DNA of 64,000 nt from Amoebidium appalachense. Lineage: Eukaryota; Protista; Ichthyosporea. How positions within the stretch are numbered: the first letter of the stretch is position 1; every line of letters starts with the position of its first letter. Position numbers and translations under genes: made by a program. The stretch is from contig CAVNZM010000004.1 in the NCBI GenBank assembly GCA_963693365.1, positions 702,448 to 766,447 of the forward strand, read 5' to 3'. Below are positions 1-20,964 of the stretch, in pieces. The notes under the pieces are model-generated. The model made no database searches. It was not told where the DNA came from and saw only the letters and a list, made by a program, of their open reading frames with translations.

Positions 1-8299
<8,299 letters not shown>

Positions 8300-8590
8300 T
8301 GTGTATATTATACAGCCACATGGGCTCGTAACTAAACTCAAGGAGTGCCAAATATGTCCAAGTATTTACTTGTGGACATCCACCGTCACTAATTTTACTA
8401 AGCAGACCGGCCACTGACTCTTCCCCTGGACCGCCTCAGCTGCTAGAAGCTTTTCGTGCGTGTTACCTACTTCAAAACAGTTCCAACGGTGAAGACCAAT
8501 GCACCCCAACACCTACATGTATCCCCGCGGGCCGCCTGTCACTGGCTGTCACAGTCAGCCGAACCTGATTGGCCGCCTTCGTAGGCTATC

Positions 8591-8910
8591 GGATCCCCCA
8601 GAACTAAAATGTGTGGGGCGAGTCGTATGTGTGTAAGAGCGGATTTTTCGATTTTCCAGTTTCAAGATTTGGGCCACGGAAAATTAATTATTCCGTTAAA
8701 GACATATGACTGAATGTAGTCATACATATAGTAAAAATCAATAAATTAACACTAAAAAGACTTATTTTGGTATAACGAAGCTCCATTTTTCGTAGTGACT
8801 AGCTACATAGTGCTACATACATATGGAAATGAGGTCTTGAATTCCTGGGAGCTAAAAAAAATGGTTACACATACGACCCGCCCCACAATATAGAAAGTTT
8901 TGGGGGATCC
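8591..8910. mobile_element. 320-bp non-autonomous TIR element (MITE), superfamily unclear
   Basis: TIR GGATCCCCCAGAACT / AGTTTTGGGGGATCC (1 mismatch), plus subterminal inverted GTGGGGCG(A/G)GTCGTATGTGT. Flanked by the direct repeat GGCTATC (8584-8590, 8911-8917). Confidence 0.85.
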
Positions 8911-9278
8911 GGCTATCCCACCTGCATGCAACTGACTGACTGATGTGAGGTTGACACAACAGTCTCCAAGGCTATGTACCCACGGCTTACGTAGTGATGG
9001 GCCCCCTATCCGTTAGCTCGTAAGTGGCTGAGCACTACTACGCCGCGTCAATGGCATACCGCCTGCGGCAAAAGGTATGTTGAGCCGGGCCCCAGGGTGA
9101 CAGCACTCAAAGTGACTACACCATACCATGGCCAGCGCAGTCAAAGGTTTCCAGTGGGTCTACATTTTGGGAAACGGTGGGAGCACAGCCCCTCATGTGC
9201 GTGTGTGTATATTTAATTACTGCGTTTTCCAGCACGGCCACACGTTGTACCTTACCAGCCACCAAATTCGTTTCCAAC

Positions 9279-9650
9279 ATGGCGGCTCCAGGAGGTTTTA
9301 GGGCCGATTTGGAAAAAGATCTTCCTGCAGTTGCCCGTTGGGCCGGGCTTCCGTTATCGGTGTGATTGCCACGGGTGTATGGTTCGTGAATGAGCAGCGG
9401 AGGCACGTCGACGTGGAGTTGGTCACGCTGAGAAGAGAAAAGGACGTGGAGCTGGCTGCCCTAAGGAACGAGTTGGATGCTGTTAAAAGTTCGGTTGAGT
9501 TGTCACATGCAAAAGTTTTGGTTGTCACATAGGATATTCTCAGACTGGTGAAGACAGGCCTGTCTGTAGACTACCCATATACGAAGAAACAAGAGAACGA
9601 CCCTGCCGCGGCCGCTGGTACTGCCCCTGCCGACCCTAAAGGCCACTTGA
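9279..9650 (+). pseudogene. Disrupted small ORF with a hydrophobic segment and coiled-coil, family unknown
   Basis: MAAPGGFRADLEKDLPAVARWAG, a frame change, ASVIGVIATGVWFVNEQRRHVDVELVTLRREKDVELAALRNELDAVKS, an in-frame stop at ~9530, then DILRLVKTGL. Coding-like composition and no microsatellites. Confidence 0.35.
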
Positions 9651-11811
9651 AGGGCGCCGTGGCTTTGTCTGCACTTGCTTCGGCCTCGGTTTGCCTGTTC
9701 GCGATACTGTTCTTGTTTTTCTGTCCCATTTAGTGCGCGAATTATGATATTAGGTTATCCAACTTACGACCAAGTTGCCTTGCTGCTGTATTTTGTCATC
9801 GCCTGCTTTTAAGGGCACTCCGTTTCCGTGGCACTCAATAAAAAGTTTAAAAAGAAAACTGCTGCATTGTGGGTTGGTATTGAGGAAGACAGTCGTGAGG
9901 CTGGTGCTGACCACTGCAAGGCTGTAGCAGCTGCTTAGTGTCGTTGGCGCAGCTGCCTATGCCTGTGGCATATGACTGCATTCTAATTCACCTTGCCGTC
10001 TTGGATTTTTGGCCCCTGAAGTTCCATTCCCCGGTTCTCTGTGTATATCGTACACTCACACAAACAATGGTTTTTTTAAGCAAATGGGAGGGACCAAGGG
10101 AGGGAGAAGGAGAGAGGGAGAGAGAGAAAGGAGCGAGGGGCGATGGAGGGAATAGACAACGAGAGTCGATCCATAGCTGAGATCAAGGAGAGCATGTTGA
10201 GAGAAGTTGATAACAAGGAGTACCTATACATAAAGGAGACGAAAGCAGATATCCAGACGTTGCGGAAGCTGGCACCACGGCAGTGCGAGGCAATTGTAAC
10301 CCTTCCCTTCGATTCTCGCGTTCGGTCCATGCCATTGGGCAGTGCATACTTGTCAACAGTTTCTTTCCCTGTTGCATGAATTCAATGCCAGGGGCCTCGA
10401 GCTCCTCAGGGCTGCCGAGGTTATTGCCGAACCGTGACAACCCCAATACATATTCTAGCTATTCGCTCAGGGTCATTCAGGTTTACACTGCATGGCACAC
10501 ACTGGCCGTCACGTTTTAAAGAAAGAAAGAGAGAAAAAATGAAAGAAAGCTGAACTAATATAGGCTGCACGAAACACTTCAAAGCTATCACGGTCTGTCA
10601 CGGTCCACACTCTGGGCCGTTGAATTATGTTTACGTAAAAGTGTTGGGCAATAGCCTGGTAGCTAGATGTACAATGATGTGGAAGTGGAACAGGCTTTTA
10701 GAAGTAATTGACGCTAGTATAGGATGTGGTCCCGGAACCATGAGCAAGCCTAGGATCTTTGAGCTGGAACTCCTCATGATCAAGGCGCCGGCGCTCTGGC
10801 CCACACTTAACTTGCAGGACGGTTTCAGTCAATTGCAAGGCTGTCTGGTAAGATGTGGTACGTACACAGCCTCAACAAGAAACGACGCAATCGTGGTGAC
10901 GGCCAAGCTCCTCTGCCCTCAACCCTCAGTTCATTCTCTAAGCGCTGCTGCAAGCTCAAAAACGTCTCTTTATTAAGCTCGTTTGCCCCAGAAGCTTCCT
11001 TATCTTAATTAAGCTTCCGAGTTGTTACACACAGGCAACTCAGGCTCGCTTCCGCCCATCGGAGCTTCTTCACGTTGTAAATGCGTTTCCTCAAAATCAG
11101 CTTCTTTCCCTACTAGAAGATGCTCTAATTCTCCATCCTCCAAAGCCAACTGTCGGCTACGCATTGGCCTCGTTATATATATTCACAGGTACAAGATTTT
11201 CAGCCATGCCAGGATAGGCTTTATTGAAAACGTAAAAAGAATTACAAAACGGTTTACAAACCAATTTCCGCCTACTTTCTCTTGCATGCTCAACCGACAG
11301 TTGCTTGTCTCCATCTGCTCTGTGAGAATGTAGTTGTCATGTGCTGAGCTGATTCGTATTAGTTTGCTTCTATATTTCGTGTTTTGGTGAGTGAATTTCG
11401 GGGGTTTTCTTGCATAGTGATGCCGGGGTCTAAGTGGGGTATGAGGAGATTAATCAGTGGTATGGGGAGAACCTGATGCGGCGGCGGCTGATTGTTAAAG
11501 GTGCGCGCGTGCATGCACCATGCCTCTGCGTACTCTCCATGTTAAATGTTGTATTGCTTCTTGCTGTGTGCTTGGCGAAACCCATGTTGCCTGCTCGCGT
11601 GTGTGTATGCTTATATGTATTGTGAGTAAACGTGTGTACGTGTTGTAGTGCTGTAGGGGTGTCTGATGTGGCGGTAGCCAATGGTGTGGAGTGCGTGTAG
11701 TCTTTGGGGGAGGGAGTGTTGTGATTGGCTGAATGTCACTGTGGTATTTGGCTGGCCAGTGGGCCGCGTGTCTGTGAAGGGTGCTACCCTCAATTCCCAA
11801 GCTCCTAGGGT

Positions 11812-11972
11812 GTGACGTAATATTTGGCACGAAATTTATTTGGCACGAGCCTGCAAAACGGTGAAAATGGGGCAGGATGTCGCCCAGGCACCGACAGGAG
11901 CTTGGGGATACCCCTGGATGTGCTCCGCTAGCGGGCTGGTGCCAAATAAATTCGTGCCACATTTTACGTCAC
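11812..11972. mobile_element. Inverted-repeat (MITE-like) element with TTTGGCAC subrepeats
   Basis: GTGACGTAATATTTGGCACGAAATTTATTTGGCAC versus GTGCCAAATAAATTCGTGCCACATTTTACGTCAC. Extra GTGCCAAAT copies follow to ~12010. No clear TSD. Confidence 0.6.
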
Positions 11973-12335
11973 CAGGTTCGTGCCAAATTATTTGGTGCCA
12001 AATTTATTTGGGGCATAAATGGGTCGGTTCGAACTATTATGGGTCGAATCAGCTCGAATCGTTCCTGACCCGTTTTCTGACCCGTTTTTGTGGCTCATCG
12101 TTGGTGGCGTCTGATTCGAGGAATAAACTCGAAAGGCGGGCTAAGCAAGACCACGTCAACCACGTGCAGGTGGTGGCGTACTTGAACGGGCAGTCACAGC
12201 CTGGACTGGCAGTTGACAGGTGTGACACAGCGCTAGCATCCTTATCATATTGCAGTAGGCTCATATAAAAATAATAAAAACAGACAACACCCTTTAATGC
12301 TCGATCATAACTGACAGTACATATTTTGTGTGAGC

Positions 12336-13253
12336 ATGGGTTACAAACATGCTCGCGTCCGCATTGGACGTGGGCAAGGCCATTGGGCTTTGCTGAGGAT
12401 TCTCGTTCATGTTATCCTCGCCTTTTGTCTTTTGGCTGCAGCGGGTTCAACAAACAACCCAGATGGGGTGAACAAAAAAGTCATTAAGGAAAACAAATCT
12501 TGGTCTAAAGATCATGCCAAGCTGGAACAGCCATTCGTTGCACGGTACATTGATTATTGCATAGCGGATCATGAGGACTCTGTCGAAGCTGGCACGTGCC
12601 CTCCCCAGCCCTTCCTCAGGGATTGGGTGTGGCATCAAACCCGTCATGGCGGCCGGATAGATGCATCTACAGCGGAGGGAGTCCATCAGGTGATCTCCCC
12701 CCCCCCCTCCCCCCCCCCCCCCCCCCCCCCCCTCTCTCCCCACCACCCCCTGCCTCTTTTCCACTTTTTCTCTCCCCTCCCCTGTCTCTCTGTTCTGGGC
12801 CTTACAGGTGGTTCCTCCGTTTTAGAAGTTGTTTTTTATGTAATACGTTAGGTGTGTCCTTTTGCATCTTGTGGATACCAATGCCTTCACCGCTCAGGCC
12901 TTCCCTTGCACTTAATCTTATGGACCTTTGTGCCTCTCCCATGATCTGTTTGGCATGGCATGCTGCCTTTTCTGCTTTGGCTTGCCTCTTATATGTTGCT
13001 ATCACCCGATAGGGTATGTGTGGCAACGTGTTCCATATGTTTTGTGTGACCATTCTGTGCAGTGTACCCACTTAAAGCCCACTCCTCCGCTTTTCCCCCT
13101 TCCCTCCCTTCCCCTTTAAGCATACAATTAGTCAAGAGGCAGTACAGGATAGTGGGTAGAGAGTTTCTGTGTGTCACGGTGTATGCCTGTGGGTGTGTGC
13201 TTGTCTGTGTGTGTATGTGCCTGTGTGTGTGTAGTGAGTGTGTGTGTGTGTTG

Positions 13254-13302
<49 letters not shown>

Positions 13303-14907
13303 TTGTGTGTGTAATGTGGGTGGGTGGGTGGGTGGGTACAGAGAAGGGGGAGAGGGGGGGGGGGGGGGGGCGTGTATGTGTGTGCCTGTGTGTGTATGTT
13401 AAAGACAGGGGGAGGGGGGGAAGGGGGAGAGGTCAGGGTAGGGAGAAAGGGAGGGAAGGATGGGTGGGTGGGAGGGTTGGAGGGAAGGAGGGAGGGGGAG
13501 AAAGGGTAGAGGGAGGGATGGCGGAAAAGACAGAAAGAGAGGGGCAAAGAGAGGAGGGCAGTCGGTAAAGAGGAAGGGCGGGAGGGTGGGACGGAGAGGG
13601 AGAAGGGGGAAGTGGAGAATTAGGCAGGGGGGGGGGCCGAGAGCAAGAGGGGGGTGGGGAGGGTGTGGGCGGTGTGTGTGTGTGTATGTGTGTGTGTATG
13701 TATGTTGTGTGTGTGTGGGGGGGGGGGGGGGGGGGGGGGGGTTGGATGGGGGATTCGGTTGGGAGTGGGTTCTTTATAGACCTGGCAACCATTGACCAGC
13801 TATTCTCTCACCCTGTCTTTGTGTTCACTCTGCAGCTTATGGCAATAATGGCAACCGTTCCTTGCCTGAGTGTGGTATGGAGGTTGGGTCTTTCGACAGT
13901 GATGGCTCTGACGATGACGATGAGGGGTCAAGTGACGAGAGCCCCGGTTCATTCAACGTGTCAACATGTGTGCGCCTAGCAGGCCGCAAGCTTAACGCCC
14001 GGCGTGCAATGCGCAAGCTGATTGGGTCTGTGCACAGCTCCGAAGGGTTTGCTTTAGCAGCACAGGACCCGGATCATCTGCTCTTCACTCTAGTGTTCTT
14101 TGACGAGGCCGTGGCAGCAGACATACAGCTTGCCAGGTGCTTCCTGCCGAACCCCCCCCCCCCCCCCCCCCCCCCCTTCCCCTCCAACGCCCCCCGCTCC
14201 TCCCTCTCGCCTCTCCCCCCTTTCCCTGCAGGGCCTCCCTCCCCTTTCCCCCATCCCCCTTTCCCCCCCCCCCTCCCCCCCCCCCTCCCCCCCCCCCCCC
14301 CCCCCCCCCGCCCCCTTTTCTGCATCCCCCTCCCCCTCTCCTCCTTCCCCACAATTCTTCCTCCCAACTGCTCCACCTCCTTACTTCCTTGCACGTATCA
14401 ATCCATCTCTCCTTCCAACCCAAGTGACACCAGTTTTTTGTCAGACAACCTGCCTCCCCAGGCCCACTTATTATGCCTGTCCTGTTCCCCTCCCCCCCCC
14501 CCCCCTCCCCCCCCTCAGGAGGGCCTCTGCCCATTCGTCCCTCCTTTTCAAGTCCTCCATTACCTCTTACCTCCCCTAATTCTCATTATTCTCTAATAGT
14601 ATACCTATATCTTCCATCCTACCTTTTTGGAAGCTCCCTGCTTCTCTTCCACCTATTTGAAAGCATCTGCATCTACCCCCCCCCCCCCCCCCCCCCCCCC
14701 CCCGTTCATAGCCCCTCCTTCATCAGTACTCCCTTACACCTGCCCGGCCCCCTTCAGAGTGCCTAACCCCCTCCCCCCCCACACACACACCCCTCCCCTT
14801 TCACACACCTGCACACACGAACGCACCCATGCATGCACGCATGCACCCTCCCTCGCAGCCACGAGCGCACACACTCTTATTCACTTATAGAATTGTTAAT
14901 AATCTAA

Positions 14908-14939
<32 letters not shown>

Positions 14940-16382
14940 CCCCCCCCCCAACCCCAACCCACCCACACACGCACACACACACACACGCCAAGGTTTCCCT
15001 TGTTCTGCTCCTCGGCCTTTCCGCCTTCCCCATAATCTGTCTTTCTCTCTCTTCCCCCCCCCCCCCCCCCCCACCCCACCCCACTGTCACCCACCCCACC
15101 ACCACTGCCCTACGTCACCCTCCCACTTCTTGTCTTTGCTTATTCTTCCTTGTGATGTGCAACACAGGGACATATCCGGGCCACCTGAGGTCCAGCAACA
15201 ACGCCTTCTTCAAATTCTGGGTGCCTGGAGAATGGAGCTTATGGAAACACCCGCTGACGGCAACTGTTTGTTTCATTCGGTGTGGCATTATATCAATCAG
15301 TATCTACAAAGCGGTCATGTAGCTACCCGTGAACACCTCAACACATTGGGGTTTACAGCTAATATGGAGCCTATAGAGGCGATTGGACGGCTACGCGAAC
15401 TAATGGTAAACGAATGGCGGCGAAATCTAGCAGAATACCAAGGATTCCTTTCAAGGGTGACCCTCGCATACGTAGCTGATGATTTCCGCTGTCCTCGGCG
15501 CGCCCATTTTGCTTCTGCAGCCGGTGACGCGATGGTGCTGGGCTTAGCCAACGCACTCCGCATACCAATAACCATTTTTAGCACGATTGCCAATCACGGT
15601 GTAGTTGCGGTCACTCCACCCACCGTCATCGAACCCAACATTGCCATACCCGTATCACTTAACGGTGCAGCAGATCATTACTCAGTGGTAATACCTCGCT
15701 TGTCGCATGCGAACAAAATCTCGGACAACAACCAAACACAGACATCACACTCAGTTGACACGGAAAACTCGACGGAGTTGGCGTCTAACGCTAACACAAC
15801 TGACACGTTCGGTGGGTTGCCCGCCAAGGGCTGCAGCTGTAATAGAAACAGTAAGGATAGAACACGTTTTTTTTGTGGTTTTAAGAACGGCGGGGGAAAA
15901 GTGCAGGCATACGATGGGCATGAGCGTTGCATATGCGCAAAGAACAAGCGGGTATGCACCCAGGCATGCAGGTGTGAGAATTGTGGCAACAGGTGAGCCG
16001 TATGATATGCATTTGCTACTTTTCTTCTTTTGCATCCTCTATTTGCCCACACTTGGTACTTTATAATCGAAACCTTAACTTGGCCAAATCCAGGTATTTC
16101 TGCTTGTCCCTCTCTTTATTCCCCCCCCCCCCCCCCCCCCCCCCCTTTCCCCCCCCTCCCCCTCCCCCTCCCCCCCCCCCCCCCCCCCCGGGAGGGGGAA
16201 AGAAAAGCCCCCTCTCCCAATCCCCTCCCCCTCCTGTATCCGTCGTTTCATGATGTCTAACCCCTCCCTCCTCCCCCCCCACCTTCCCCACTGCTCACCA
16301 CCTGCACACCCGCACACCATACACAAACTTAAACACACACACGCATGCACGTGTGCACGCACACACACAGCCCCTCCCCCCC

Positions 16383-16413
<31 letters not shown>

Positions 16414-17581
16414 ACACACACAATGCATCCGCGCATCATGGTCCATGCATACACGTGTGTGGATAGATGCACAGGTGCACGAATCCACGCACGCACGCAC
16501 CCACAGAGCACGTGTGCGCACGCACACACAAACACACATGTGTACACGTGCGCGCGCATTCACACGCACACACAAACGCACATACACATGCAGTCATGGA
16601 CAGCGGCCAGAGCCAAACCGTCCAGGTCGCCCGTCTACCATGCAGCTGCATTTATCCGGCGAAGGGGGGAACCTTTCCCTGAGAAGTGGTGATGGGTCCA
16701 ACACCACCCATACGGCCAACACAACAGCCACCAGGGGCAAGGCCACTGCCACGGTTCCAACGCAAAGGCGGCGCGCACGATTCACGCAAACACGAACCAC
16801 AGATCAGAATGGTTTGGAGTATTATGTGTCTGTGGGCGAGGAGGTACGTTCGGGTAGATGGTCGGATGCGGAGACCGCGTTGATTGAAAGTATTGTTATT
16901 TCGCTTGCGGAACAAAAGTTGCCGGCAACAGAGGAGGACATATTTGCACATTACCATGCAGCATTGGAGGGCAACGAGGAGGGTGTGGGGCTGGATGCCA
17001 TCCTTTCCAAAACATTGAAACAAATCAAGTCAAAAATAGAACACATTGAGAAGGAAAGACGTTTGCGTAGTCAGGTGGCCGCCGAGGTGAGGGAGGAAAT
17101 CGCGAGGGCTAAGGAAGCCGCTGCTAGGACAGTTACGGAGAAAGCAAGCGAGAGAGCACGAAACACGAAACGTGGGCTGAAGTCACAGAGTAATTCACAG
17201 ACTGCCCCGTCAAAGAAGGCCAAGCCCAGCGGCCTTTCACGTGCAAGCACCAACACAGGTGTTGCCCCTCAGGAGCATGATCCCACCAGTTCGTCAACCG
17301 ATTCGGCGGATGAATTCCAAAGCACCCAACAGTCTGGGGTGATTCCCCCTAGCCAGCACCCGCACCATCCGCAAGCGTTCCACCCCAGTTATTATCACAC
17401 ATACCCGAGCACGATAGCCAGTGCACAATGTAGCGTCTGTCAACTGACTTTAGCAATCCCTCCCCATCTGTGTCATACTTACATGCAATGCTGTAGGTGC
17501 AAGGCCATGTTGTATGCTCTGGTCACCGCTTTTGGCATCCGCCTGCTCAGTTTTAGTGTCACGGATAATAGGTGGAAGTGA
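12336..17581 (+). CDS. Spliced protein with OTU-like cysteine protease, CXC-like Cys cluster, Myb/SANT-like helix domain and C-terminal Zn ribbon; 5' end uncertain
   Basis: Phase-consistent exons 13836-14136, 15168-15992 and 16594-17581 (both joins AG|GT..CAG, phase 2). Motifs: ADGNCLFHSV..NGAADHY (OTU Cys/His), GCSC..C..RCICAKNKRVCTQACRCENCGN, RWSDAETALI..KTLKQIKSKIEHI, CSVC..CCRC. Putative first exon 12336-12689 does not join in phase directly. Confidence 0.7.
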
Positions 17582-18118
17582 GCCAATCCCTCCACGTAGT
17601 TTTTTATTTTTCTAATTGTTATTGTGGCTGCCAGCTGCTTTGGGGTCAGGTGGCAAACGTAGGGCATGTCTAGTAGGTTCGATTAGTATGGGATTTGGCA
17701 TCATGATGCCAAGACTTAGTCAATACAGTAACTTAAGAATCAGTTTGTTAGGTGTTAGTTGTAACATTTAACTTCCAGTAATGTTCAGCATGTCAGAGTG
17801 GTAGTTTATGATTGTAATGTTACTTACAGTTTAACTGTAATGTCACGGTGTATGTAGAGTATGCTGTCACATTCAATGCACACACACGGCACACACACAT
17901 GAACATGCACACACACGCAACCACATACACGTCAAGCACACACTACGTATACATCCATGCATGCGACATTCGCCTTTTTAATACCTATGATATCATTACG
18001 TAGTCAAAATACCATAATAATAATGTGTAGAAGTGATTGCAGGTCACTTTCACATGCTGCAGCTGTTTTATTAATGATGACACCGTAAATTAATGGCAAG
18101 CACACTGCAGACTCGGAT

Positions 18119-18168
<50 letters not shown>

Positions 18169-18238
18169 AAAAAAAAAAATCCCCCCCCCCCCCCCTTCCC
18201 ACCTCGAAATTTTTGGGCGGGGGCGGGGGGGGCGGGGG

Positions 18239-18322
<84 letters not shown>

Positions 18323-18618
18323 GCTTGGGAAACGAGGGTGCAACCCTGTGAAGTGTCTCGCGGGGTCGCGGGCTTTTGGAAGTTCTTCTAAGAACACAAA
18401 AAAACTCGCTTCCCACCCAACTCAAAGAAAAGTTTATACGTATACACGGTTTCGAGCCCCTTTAAGCGTGCAGATAGTTAGAGTAGTTTGTATACACTCT
18501 GTTTGTAGCTACGACAGTAGTCCACCATTTAAGTCAGCCTGCTTAGATTGTACTACAGTGGCAACACAACGCTCACAAGTCCGCGCAATCCTCCTCGTAC
18601 TCATCAGTGCAGCTCGAT

Positions 18619-18868
18619 GGGCATGGGGGAGATGATCTTCTTGGACAGGTCGACCTCGCCCTTGGCCGGCATGTAATGGTACAGCTCCTTTGCCGCGACG
18701 ACATCACCTGGATGCCATACTGCAGCCAAACAACTTGTCAGCGCTCAGCACCCCCGTGCCAGCCCTGCTTCTCCTTCCCCTGGTCCGCCTCCTATCTCCC
18801 CCCCCCCCACCCCACCCCCCTTTTCCAAGCCTAGGCGCAAGGAGGGGGGGCAATCACGATGAAGCCCC
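18619..18868 (-). pseudogene. Decayed duplicate of a PCCA fragment (part of an exon, the whole adjacent intron and the edge of the neighbouring exon)
   Basis: Aligns by eye to 26201-26440 (GGGCATGGGGGAGATGATCTTCTTGGACAG..ACATCACCTGGATG..TACTGCAGCCAAA). Carries a 1-nt deletion, and the donor is changed from GTGAG to GTGAT. Confidence 0.85.
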
Positions 18869-19002
18869 TGTCGCCGACCAGTGCATGTGACCGTGTCTGT
18901 TGTGGGCCAGCCGTTGATATCTCCGCTAGGCACTGCGCCCACCATCCTCCTGCACGTGGCCAGTGTCAGACATGCACCCTGCGACACACTTGCAGATTCA
19001 AG

Positions 19003-19050
<48 letters not shown>

Positions 19051-19095
19051 AAAAAAAAAAAAAAAAACAACGACACACACACACACACACAGTGT

Positions 19096-19127
<32 letters not shown>

Positions 19128-19169
19128 CACAAAACACACCCACCCACACCCACACCGGTACCCACCCCC

Positions 19170-19204
<35 letters not shown>

Positions 19205-19210
19205 CCGACC

Positions 19211-19241
<31 letters not shown>

Positions 19242-19342
19242 CTGCGCTTTCTTCTGTCATCCTTCTCGTCACTGCTCACATCCTCCCACTTGCTGTCGAT
19301 CTTGGCCTTGCTCTCCACACTGCTGGCCCACTTGATCTTCAC
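19242..19342 (-). pseudogene. Orphan exon-like segment (VKIKWASSVESKAKIDSKWEDVSSDEKDDRRKR)
   Basis: Codon usage resembles the host genes, with an intact AG|GTGTGT donor. The acceptor position reads (CA)n-AT instead of AG. It resembles the SKWE-rich C-terminal region of SR140-type proteins (inference). Confidence 0.4.
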
Positions 19343-20265
19343 ATGTGTGTGTGTGTGTGCATGCGTGTGCTGCATGCCCATCATGGAGTGGAAATTTTGT
19401 GTGTGAGTACAGATGCACCTTCGATAGAGACCAACCATGCCAGGTTGCATGGAAGTGCATGCCGGGGGGGGGTTGGTCACCCCCAATGCCACTATGACGG
19501 CTCAGGGATCAGCACAGGGGGCGCCACCATCCAGCACCAGCCAAGATATGCAGGGATCTGCACGCACCCACCGGCACGGCCAATAGCACCGATAGCGTGG
19601 ATAAGGGCCTACCCCCAGTCAAACCGGGTGAGGCCACGGCAGCTACAGGGGTAGCAGTTGAGTCAGGGGCCACGGGAGAGGTGGCAGCAGCCACCCCCGA
19701 TACCACGGCCCAGAGATCAGTACAGGGGGTGCCACCATCCACCGCCAGCCAAGATGCAATTGCAACAGGCACGGCGGCTGGCCAACGATCACGTGCAATC
19801 GGATGCCAGCAATTAATGGGATGGCAGCCGCTAGGTTCTGTAATCTTAACGGCAGTGGTTGCAATAGCATTTTCGTAAAGTTTCTAAGTACCACGGATGT
19901 TTTACTCTTTGATTATGTGCAAGGCTGGGTGTACGTAGTGTACATGCCAGCACAGATGAATTCGAAACTTAGTGAATGTAAGTGTTAGTATAAGGCAACT
20001 TGAAGCCTCGAGGAGCTCAAATCCAGGAGTACATGAGAGTGGCCCATTGGCAATACTAAATCTAGGTTGAACGAAATAAAGTGTTTGAAACCTTGTTGTC
20101 GGCGGCTTTCTTCATTTTTGGGTAAGCCAGAAATTTTAAAGATGAAAGAGACTAGAAACTGGTAGTCATGGCCATGTAGATGACCATTGGCCACTAGAAA
20201 GCACCATTTCCAGATCTACATGATATGCGTCCGCTGAGTGCCTCGCTTATGAATACCCCAACGGT

Positions 20266-20303
<38 letters not shown>

Positions 20304-20824
20304 ACAACTCCTCAGACTAGTGCCCACCGGGCCGCCCACCGCGAGTTCAACAACCCCAATGTGAAACCCCATTCCCCACTCAGTCTGACAGAGTTAGCGT
20401 GAAAGGTGGGAACACACGGAACAAAACGCACACATCATGCATGACATAACCAATTAACGAAAATTTCGATAAACAGGTTTTGCACTTGGGAAAAGCCTTA
20501 CAATAACGCGCACACCCATTGGCAAGAAGTACTTGTTAACATTGGCCCACATTTTTATCACATCGACGCGTGTCGCCACTCACTCGGAGTCTTACAAGCA
20601 CACCCACTCTCTCTCTAGAGAGTCGACCACCGTCGACAGTACAAACACGTGCACACCGTAACACAAATGCACATTTGAAGGGTGCATGTTATGAACACGT
20701 GCATACACTGCAACCACACACAGAACCAACGAACACATCCCACAAGTACACACCACACACCGAAGAACGACGCCGGTGCAGATAAGGCGTTGATTGGAAA
20801 CGGGAGGGGAGGGACCCCCCCCCC

Positions 20825-20855
<31 letters not shown>

Positions 20856-20916
20856 ACACAAAAAAAAAAACACACAAAAAAAAAAACGTGTTTGTGCACT
20901 TATTACAGTACATTCC

Positions 20917-20964
<48 letters not shown>

